61,238 bases of DNA from Octopus bimaculoides (Eukaryota). The stretch spans positions 17,998,721 to 18,059,958 of the forward strand of contig NC_068989.1 in NCBI RefSeq assembly GCF_001194135.2. The letters run 5' to 3'. Position numbers and translations under genes: made by a program. Shown one piece after another: positions 51,865-61,238 of this stretch. The notes under the pieces are model-generated. The model saw only the letters and a list, made by a program, of their open reading frames with translations. It was not told the DNA's origin and ran no database searches. Each line of letters begins with the position of its first letter. Position 1 is the first letter of the stretch.

Positions 51865-52429
51865 CTCTCTCCCTCTCCGAGAGTAGGGTGTGATCTGAGG
51901 AAGATTTAGCAGCTATCTCTAGCAAGTTTCCAATGTAACGACGAAGTACAATCCACAGATTCCGCAGTACTCCGCTTGGTTCAGGGTCACATCACACTAT
52001 ACTGTAGGACACATTAAATATTCCAGCAAGCAGAGTTATTTCGTGTTGGTGTAGTCTGACTGTCTGGTCATGTTGATATTTTACTCTTATTTATTTAGTT
52101 GTTATTTTTCTTACAGTCACATGGTGACGTTAAGAATAGAATTCAAAATTGGGTCGTGAACTTGAATGACAGAGAGTTACCTACAAAAACAAAGCAATAT
52201 GCCTCTGAATAATAACACTGATATTCTGTGTTACAACACGATTCCGTGAAGTCAATTCTCACGGAATACCCGTGAGTTTAATTCTACTTCTTGTGTGCGA
52301 ATATGATATACCTATGTATACCTACGTCTGTACGAGTATGATATACCTGTGTATACGTTTATGTATTTATCATGCAAGATTCTTCAGGTGAAAATGTTTG
52401 TTGAAACAGTGTTATACAATACTTAGGAT

Positions 52430-52649
52430 ACTCTTTTACTTGTTTCAGTCACTTGACTGCAGCCATGCTGGGGCAGCGCCTTTAATCGAGCAAATCGACC
52501 CCAGGGCTTTTTGTTTGTAAGCCTAATACTTATTCTATCGGTCTCTTTTGCCGAACCGATAGGTTACGGGGACGTAAACACACCAGCATCGGTTGTCAAG
52601 CGATGTTGGGGGACAAACACAGACATACAAACATATACACACACATACA

Positions 52650-52681
<32 letters not shown>
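52430..52681 (-). mobile_element. SINE family B tail half, running into (TA)n and a gap
   Basis: Collinear with 16917-17160. Confidence 0.85.
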
Positions 52682-53199
52682 NNNNNNNNNNNNNNNNNNN
52701 NNNNNNNNNNNNNNNNNNNNNNNNNNNNNNNNNNNNNNNNNNNNNNNNNNNNNNNNNNNNNNNNNNNNNNNNNNNNNNNNNNNNNNNNNNNNNNNNNNNN
52801 NNNNNNNNNNNNNNNNNNNNNNNNNNNNNNNNNNNNNNNNNNNNNNNNNNNNNNNNNNNNNNNNNNNNNNNNNNNNNNNNNNNNNNNNNNNNNNNNNNNN
52901 NNNNNNNNNNNNNNNNNNNNNNNNNNNNNNNNNNNNNNNNNNNNNNNNNNNNNNNNNNNNNNNNNNNNNNNNNNNNNNNNNNNNNNNNNNNNNNNNNNNN
53001 NNNNNNNNNNNNNNNNNNAGCCAGACGTGAAGTGTGTATGTATTGAACGCAGTGAAGCACGAACAGGAGGGGCAAAGAAGTACGTGCGAGCTTGGAGAGT
53101 CCAAGAACGAAAAGAACAGTTTTTCGCCAATTAAACATACGGACTATTTATTTGATTTTCACTTTAGCTTTTATTCGTATTATTTTCAGTTTATAGTCT

Positions 53200-53242
53200 G
53201 TCAAAATTCTTTCGTCACACAGCCTGTGACCTAATCAGTGAC
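53200..53242 (-). ncRNA. hammerhead motif in the inverted pLTR (G8U)
   Basis: GTCA-[CTGATTA]-G GTCAC AGGCTGT GTGAC-[GAA]-AGAATT-T-TGAC. Confidence 0.65.
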
Positions 53243-54666
53243 TCTCTTATTCTGCTTATTCCATTTTGTCCTTCCGTGGTATATATCTTTATCTGCGCCT
53301 GCGTTTACGTCTGGGGGGGGGGTTAATATATCTGTCCATTGTGCATGTATATGCGTGTCATTTATTTATCGCAGGCGATGTGGCTAATCTCTTTATGGTA
53401 TGGTGGGATAGGAGACTCAAAGAACGCTAGGCAGAAAGCTCCATGACCCTGATCGTGTACTCCCGCTATGTTGATGATATCAACATAGTACCAAAAGCAC
53501 CCCTAAATAAAAGACAGTGTCCATGAACTGGAAGCTAGCACCATGGGGACCATCCAATGGATAGGTAACTCCACCCACCAGAGTATTGAAGTTACAGTAG
53601 ATTATCCTAGTAAGCACCCTAACTATAGACTGCCTATTTTTAGACACGGACTCTGATTGGAAACTAGTAATAACAAGGTCCAAAACCTCCATTCCCACTG
53701 TGCCAAATCTATGGCCTCCAAATATCAGATCCATCGGAACACAACTATTGCAGATAATATCAAAATCAATATCTTAATAGCGGACCTGAAAAGAGTGATG
53801 AGACTTGTGTCCCGCATATGCGACCCGACGGAATTAGAGAAAGACATACAGCATTTCAGCCACCGCATGCTGTTCTCTGGATACAGCCGAAGAAATAGGA
53901 TCAAAGTATACAAAGGATCCAGGGCAAAATACAAGATCATTGTAGAGAATGACGCCAATAGGATCTGCGCGCTATACAAGAGTAAATCCTGAAATAGCAT
54001 AGAAGAAGATAGATAAGGCCAACTCATGGTATGACAGCCAAAATTACCAGGGTGTCATGTTCGTCAATGCAACCCCTAGAGGCGAACTAGCATATATTTT
54101 TAGGGAATACTATGGATTAAAGTAGTAGAAAGACCAGGGACCTCCATAAAATCCCTGATCTTTATAACACACCCATTTGAAAGAACCCCCTGTACGGATA
54201 GGAAATGCATAGTATATAGAATAAACCCACAGATAAACTGTAAAACTAGGAATGTAGTCTATAGTATAAGACGTACAGAAGGACGGTGCAGAAACGGGGC
54301 AACGACGTACATTGCAGAGATAGCACGTAGCCTAGGTGAGCGGATAACTGGACATTAGCGAGAACTCAAGAAGGAGAAAAACTCGCCAGTGTTCTACCAA
54401 CACGCTACCAACACGCTCAATTGGAACGTAGAGGCTCGGAAGACAACATAGATGTTAGGATCTTATCGACACATAGAACAGACATGACACTCAGAGTGAT
54501 TACGAAGGTCACAGGCATAACAGAAGATAGACCGAGCCTCGACAGAAAACATGAATAGAGTAATAACACCCTCACGCTCCATCACACTAAACAACCTAGT
54601 GATTAAAAACGGAATGATGAAAAAAAATAAATGACACGGGTACAAACGCTATAATATACAAACCCT

Positions 54667-54719
<53 letters not shown>

Positions 54720-54823
54720 GACACATACACTTACATACATACACACACACACACACACACGTAAACGCATGCTCAGATAGAGATATATTCCGAAGGACAA
54801 AATAGAGACACATGGGACAGAAG

Positions 54824-54866
54824 GTAACTGATGAGGTCACAGCATGTGTAACGAAATAATTTTGAC
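54824..54866 (+). ncRNA. hammerhead motif in the 3' pLTR (core intact, stems mutated)
   Basis: GTAA-[CTGATGA]-G GTCAC AGCATGT GTAAC-[GAA]-ATAATT-T-TGAC. Confidence 0.65.
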
Positions 54867-55191
54867 AGACGTATAAACTGAAAATTAAATAAGTAGTGCG
54901 TATGTTTAAATAGCAAAAATAAAATGACCATCCCCAAGTATAACAATATATATATATATATAAATATNNNNNNNNNNNNNNNNNNNNNNNNNNNNNNNNN
55001 NNNNNNNNNNNNNNNNNNNNNNNNNNNNNNNNNNNNNNNNNNNNNNNNNNNNNNNNNNNNNNNNNNNNNNNNNNNNNNNNNNNNNNNNNNNATATATACT
55101 CACACACACACACACATATATATACATACATAGGTTAAATAAAATAAGACAACAAAGCCAAGGCTGTATGAAATTTATGAAGAGAAAGTTA

Positions 55192-55239
55192 GTCTTACAG
55201 CTGTTTCCGTGATATTAGGGATATCCCTTCATCAGAGAC
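55192..55239 (-). ncRNA. minimal type I hammerhead with intact core, in the tail of a second PLE-like element (about 55134-55560)
   Basis: GTCT-[CTGATGA]-A GGGATAT CCCTA ATATCAC G-[GAA]-ACAGCTGT-A-AGAC: 4-bp stem I, imperfect stem II, perfect 8-nt palindromic stem III, GUA site. Confidence 0.75.
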
Positions 55240-57151
55240 GATGTGAGTCGCTTAAATAGAGGGAAATATTAGAGTTCAATATAAGTAGTTATTCTGGAAA
55301 AGAAAGGAAATAAAGAGTATATAGGGAAATAGGAGAATGAATGTAGAAATAAAAACTAAAATATATAAAGATGTTGTAGTTGTAGTTCCATTATCCAAGG
55401 TAAGTGGTGTGTAGAAGGGGTAGAAATGCTTCTTGTCCGTGGTATATAACTTCCAATAGGAGTTCATATCTTGTTATTATAAACGGAAAGTGTGGAGACG
55501 TAGATTCCATGTGCTGTTCATTCAAGAGGATCCTGTGATGTGAATGAAAATTTGAGAATGTAGTGGTAGTATTAAGTGGATAGAGAAGAGAGAAGAGATG
55601 TGTACGTTAAAATGAGGAGAGAGGTCAAAAGAAAAGGTGAGAAAGGAAGACGGAAAGAAAGAGGAAGAGTACATGAAGACAAGAAGAGAAAATGAGAAAA
55701 AAGAGTGTAAGTGAAAAAATGTGAAAAAAAGAGTGTTAGTTGGAGGTCAAGATATGAGGGGAGATGGGAGAGGAGCAGGAGAGGAGCAGGAGAGGAGCAG
55801 GAGAGGAGCAGGTAGAGATAAGAATTTAAGTAATGTATACGCATGAGGTGTATGAGGTGGGGTGATATGTTAGAATGGCACTAAGGAATGGGTACAGAAA
55901 AAGGTATAGGGGTGGGGTTTGGTAACACAAACGGCACAGTGAAAACAAACAAGAAAGGCTGCTCAGCCTAAACGAGGTTGTGGTGGCGAACGTGTAAATC
56001 AAGCTTGGACAGGAGACAAACAAGAACACGTCTTCCTTGTTCCAGCTACAACAGAGAGAAAGAAAGAAACACAAGTTAGGAGAAGAAAGAAAGATGGCCG
56101 ATGGTCACGTGAGAGCCATGTGAGCAAGGGAGGAGGAGTGAGGGAGAGAGAATGACAGAGTAATAGGNNNNNNNNNNNNNNNNNNNNNNNNNNNNNNNNN
56201 NNNNNNNNNNNNNNNNNNNNNNNNNNNNNNNNNNNNNNNNNNNNNNNNNNNNNNNNNNNNNNNNNNNNNNNNNNNNNNNNNNNNNNNNNNNNNNNNNNNN
56301 NNNNNNNNNNNNNNNNNNNNNNNNNNNNNNNNNNNNNNNNNNNNNNNNNNNNNNNNNNNNNNNNNNNNNNNNNNNNNNNNNNNNNNNNNNNNNNNNNNNN
56401 NNNNNNNNNNNNNNNNNNNNNNNNNNNNNNNNNNNNNNNNNNNNNNNNNNNNNNNNNNNNNNNNNNNNNNNNNNNNNNNNNNNNNNNNNNNNNNNNNNNN
56501 NNNNNNNNNNNNNNNNNNNNNNNNNNNNNNNNNNNNNNNNNNNNNNNNNNNNNNNNNNNNNNNNNNNNNNNNNNNNNNNNNNNNNNNNNNNNNNNNNNNN
56601 NNNNNNNNNNNNNNNNNNNNNNNNNNNNNNNNNNNNNNNNNNNNNNNNNNNNNNNNNNNNNNNNNNNNNNNNNNNNNNNNNNNNNNNNNNNNNNNNNNNN
56701 NNNNNNNNNNNNNNNNNNNNNNNNNNNNNNNNNNNNNNNNNNNNNNNNNNNNNNNNNNNNNNNNNNNNNNNNNNNNNNNNNNNNNNNNNNNNNNNNNNNN
56801 NNNNNNNNNNNNNNNNNNNNNNNNNNNNNNNNNNNNNNNNNNNNNNNNNNNNNNNNNNNNNNNNNNNNNNNNNNNNNNNNNNNNNNNNNNNNNNNNNNNN
56901 NNNNNNNNNNNNNNNNNNNNNNNNNNNNNNNNNNNNNNNNNNNNNNNNNNNNNNNNNNNNNNNNNNNNNNNNNNNNNNNNNNNNNNNNNNNNNNNNNNNN
57001 NNNNNNNNNNNNNNNNNNNNNNNNNNNNNNNNNNNNNNNNNNNNNNNNNNNNNNNNNNNNNNNNNNNNNNNNNNNNNNNNNNNNNNNNNNNNNNNNNNNN
57101 NNNNNNNNNNNNNNNNNNNNNNNNNNNNNNNNNNNNNNNNNNNNNNNNNNN

Positions 57152-57187
<36 letters not shown>

Positions 57188-58639
57188 GAGAGAGTGAGAG
57201 AAAAAATGGATATTCTGGTACTCGCTTTAGTCATCGGACTGGCACTGTGGCCAAGCTACATCACCGCTTTCATCCATCATCTCTAGGTTGAGTGACTGTA
57301 GCTTCAAGCGTTCAGGACATAAACTTGCTTACAATCATTATATAGGAACAATGGATAAAATCTAATCATAGAAATGAAACTGCAACGAGCCTTGTAAGTG
57401 ATCAATAATTAATTAGTTAAAAATTAATCTCTTGTAAACCAGGTGCTGTAAGATTTGTATTTTGGAATACAATTAGCCGATTGAATAAGATACCGGAGAT
57501 ATGAACCATGTGTCGTGAATTCTTATCTGGTAGAATATTATGCACTGTCGTCCTTGGAAAAATATAATTAATTATGGAAAGTTCACAAAGCGCAATAAAC
57601 TAGTTTGCAGGGAAGAAGCATACAAGTTTAGTAACGTTTTAGGAGAACCCTTCTATAGGTAGATATGAACTTAATTTATTCTAATTTGTGAGCTTTTTTG
57701 TCTATATTACTTGCCGAATGACTTCCTATGATTCTGTTATATTCGTTTGGTATTAAGTAAACTGGTGTAGCTTCAGTTTCCTCTGGATCACAGTGGGAAG
57801 AACGAGAGAGAGAAAGAAAGAGTGAGTGGTAGATTTTTATAACTACCAGCTCATCCTTGCTCAGAAAATTCATGCTTTATGTAATGGCTGTATGTTAAGG
57901 AGAAGACAACGAGGACTGAAAAAATACCACCGCTCTATGGATTTTGTATACTCGAGATTTTATACCAGACAAACAGTGGATTACAGTTGTGAGTTTGTTC
58001 TCCCCTATGAATGCTTCGTTCTAAAATTATAGAACTCGTTACATGAACTCGTTACATTCCAGCTTGGTCGAAATTTCATATTTTCGATTCATAGACATGT
58101 TTATTCTCTCTAGGGGGCCACATATAATTTCAAATTATTTTAGAACCAGACAATAATTGATTTCCTACGTATTGTTTCAATTTTTTTCCTTTTTTATTTT
58201 GTTTCTATTTGTTTTTCTTTTTTGTTTCTATTTGTTATCTTTGCTACAAAATATGGACCAATTATTGATGGGTTTTATTAGGATTGAAAAGCGATTAATT
58301 TCTTGTTCGCTTAGCACTACGAATGAATGCAAAAAAATATAGACAAACTAAAGAACGAAAACAAGAGAAATTGAGATACATAGATTTCTAAATGTTACTA
58401 CGAATCAATCAAGCAGATTTGTAGTCAAAAGCATTCCTGCTACTATTTCTAGTGAAACGCATTCCTGCCACGACCACCATTTTTTTTTTTATACCAGAGA
58501 TTATGTTTTCAATTCTGCCCTTCTTTTTATAAGACGGTAGAATTGTTATCTGACCGAGATTTCAATGCTTTCTATAATCATACTGGGCTTTGTTCGTTAA
58601 ATGTTAGTTGATAGTAATAGTAAACATGACAACTTGTCT

Positions 58640-59020
58640 CTGCAACAAGATCATGAGACAAAGAAAGACCCTGACGGAGAGCGAAAAGAAATAACAAACC
58701 ACATTGAGGGCCAATGGACACCAAACGAAGAAAAACGAAATGAAATACCAAAGAGAGGCAACGCGGGGCTTAACAGGGCAAATCCAAAAACTTTGGTGTG
58801 GAAATGAAAACTAACGCGAGTTGAATTGGTAGGATTTAGGCGTTGGTATACAAGTGTGCGTGTGTATATATATATTCGTATGAGCGTAAGAAAAACAAGT
58901 TTAACTGATCTGAGCCATGCCAGATTGTTTTCAATTTGTCTGCTTGATGCTTCACAGAAACTGCCATCTCGTTTTATCAGTAAATTGTTATTAGAATTCA
59001 ACCCCAATACGTGTTGATAG
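58640..59020 (+). mobile_element. possible highly deleted Tc1-like transposase remnant
   Basis: MRQRKTLTESEKK, YQREATR and LVW...ELVGFR resemble Tc1-like transposase segments; fragmentary. Confidence 0.3.
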
Positions 59021-59129
59021 GAAAGATCGTTTTCGTAGTAACTAATGGGGTGTGTCTTTACCTTTATATGATACATACATACATGCATACATACATGCAT
59101 ACATACATGCATACATGCATACATACATG

Positions 59130-59395
59130 CATACATACATGCATACATACATACACACAAGAAAAGTACACGCATACATTCACAGGCGCGCGTGCATGCC
59201 CACACACATATACATACACACGTACATACATGCATGCATAGATACATACATACATACATGCATACATACATACATGCATACATACATACACACAAGAAAA
59301 GTACACGCATACATTCACACGCGCGCGTGCATGCCCACACACATATACATACACACGTACATACATGCATGCATAGATACATACATACATACATA
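59130..59395. repeat. 135-bp tandem duplication in CATA-rich sequence
   Basis: CAAGAAAAGTACACGCATACATTCACA at 59158 and 59293. Confidence 0.9.
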
Positions 59396-59463
59396 AACAC
59401 ACATTTTCATAGGTGTATTTATTACTAATCATAAAAAAAGCTGGAAACTACCACTTTTACGTA

Positions 59464-59517
<54 letters not shown>

Positions 59518-60099
59518 CACACATACACACACACTCATACACACACAAACACACAAACACACATGAAAATCCCACTCCACCATGCGTATGCACTATACCT
59601 AAAGAGGAGAGACTGAGTAAATGAAACTATAATTCACTTACTACGCAAGAAAACATGAAACTTTGTACTCAGTAGTCCCATCCATTCTATCGCAATTTTC
59701 ATGTAACTTTGAAATTTCGCAGCGAGATTACATTTAAAGACCGCTTGCTTCTTGCCTGAAGTTGTGGCATTAAAGCTGAGCTCTATGCGCAGTAAACTAA
59801 AACTTCACTGCCAAACACTTTTACGGTCATTATAACAGTCTCTGATTTTCTGAACCAGCAACCTGCACACCCATTCGCCGTTGGCTCACTTGATGTACCC
59901 GTATCTCTTTCTCTCACCACCATCCTTAATGAGTCTCATCCCCGTATTTCTCATTGAAAGCAATTTCTTCATTATTCCTTCGCAGAATAGTAACTCTGTT
60001 GAAATTACTCCAGTCCATAACATTCCTTCAGATATGAACCTGCAGGTGTCGAAACTGAACTTTAACCACATTAATTTCACTAATATGGGAGGGTTCTTT

Positions 60100-60460
60100 A
60101 CGACTCCGTCGGTCACGAATGACTATGGGTGCATCTAAGAAGTTCCCTTCCGGGATACAAGTCCGGGCGGAAAGTCGCCTCACCAGCGAACGCACATACA
60201 ACCTAGGGTTGTTTTCAAGAAAGACAAGCAGTCGCCCTTGCATACCAGCCTCCCCTCTCCACGCCACCGATGTTATCCAAGGGAAAGGCAAAGGCCGATA
60301 CAGCTTGGCACCAGTAACGGCGCTACTCATTTCTCCAGCCGAGTGAACTGGAGCAACGTGAAATAAAGTATCTTGCTCAAGAACACAACACACAGCCCGG
60401 TCTGGGAATCGAACTCACAACCTCACGCTCGACGCTCTAACCACTGAGCAATGCGCCTAC
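60100..60460 (-). mobile_element. SINE family D (tRNA head, CORE-like block)
   Basis: Element sense: AGGCGCATTGCTCAGTGGTTAGAGCG..GAGTTCGATTCCCAG..TTCTTGAGCAAGATACTTTATTTCACGTTGCTCCAG. Confidence 0.88.
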
Positions 60461-60559
60461 ACTATGGGAAGGTAAGCGCTGATTAACTCAAATAGTTAGT
60501 GATGTTGTTGGGTTCTACGAAACCTTGATCTGTTTCATAGTCATTGAGTTTCTTTTTTT

Positions 60560-60950
<391 letters not shown>

Positions 60951-61029
60951 GGATAAATTTAGTGCATATATGGTAATTTGTTTTTCAGTGTGTATATACA
61001 TATATATATATATATATATATAGTTCCAA

Positions 61030-61238
61030 AAAACAATAACAAAAAAACAAAAAAACAACAAAGTGAGGACGTGATATGGATAGTATTATTGGACGCTCAG
61101 GAAAGGAAAGAGAGTGTATGACGTTTCGGGCGTAGCCCTTCGTCGGAAAGATGGAAAGTTCGGAGAATGGAAGAACGGAGAAAGAGGAAAATGGTACCGA
61201 TGCCCACGAGGTTACATTATGAAAAGACCGGAAGAGGA
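61030..61238 (-). ncRNA. PLE-type tail with a hammerhead-like motif (U4C core, no stem I pairing), running off the window
   Basis: Minus strand [CCGACGA]-A GGGC TAC GCCC-[GAA]-ACGT-C at 61146->61120. Confidence 0.45.

Larger units (their letters stand above)
53120..54920 (+). mobile_element. 5'-truncated Penelope-like element (RT, thumb, Cys linker, GIY-YIG) with an inverted pLTR at its 5' end
   Basis: VANLFMVWWD..YSRYVDDINI (YVDD at 53467-78), KINILIADLKRVMRLVS, CKTRNVVYSI..TYIAEIARSLGERI. 53120-53370 is a diverged reverse complement of 54625-54920. Confidence 0.9.

Noticed and set aside
52117-52212. Plus-strand segment SHGDVKNRIQNWVVNLNDRELP.. after a strong acceptor
   Set aside because: Could be a terminal exon or a PLE N-terminal remnant (WV.NLS.R.L); nothing else supports either reading.
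57206-57286. Signal-peptide-like short ORF MDILVLALVIGLALWPSYITAFIHHL*
   Set aside because: It stops after 26 codons with no usable donor site before the stop, and it sits directly against a microsatellite.

Overview
Repeat-dense, AT-rich animal DNA from a gapped draft assembly. The SINE families and heavy microsatellite load point to an octopus genome (inference). I found no confident host gene, tRNA/rRNA gene or CRISPR array; almost every long ORF in the track is an artefact of N gaps or microsatellites. Identified by hand translation and inspection: (1) four tRNA-derived SINE families, about 30 copies or fragments; (2) decayed DNA transposons: three mariner copies, a full-length pogo/Passer-like element with both TIRs, two TA-flanked MITEs and two Helitron relics; (3) non-LTR relics: an R4/Dong-like REL element and two RTE pieces, one with a twin-priming-type inversion; (4) several Penelope-like element (PLE) pieces. 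The most interesting signal is a set of seven minimal type I hammerhead ribozyme (HHR) motifs from about six sequence families. They include a U3-A8 covariant core downstream of a GIY-YIG ORF, two copies in the inverted pLTRs of one PLE, and one inside a non-coding unit of about 360 bp with terminal direct repeats and an inverted tail (retrozyme or mini-PLE-like). Also notable are an inverted telomere-repeat palindrome inside a fold-back structure and a 75-bp near-perfect hairpin. All assignments come from reading the sequence by eye; no database searches were run, and boundaries of decayed elements are approximate.
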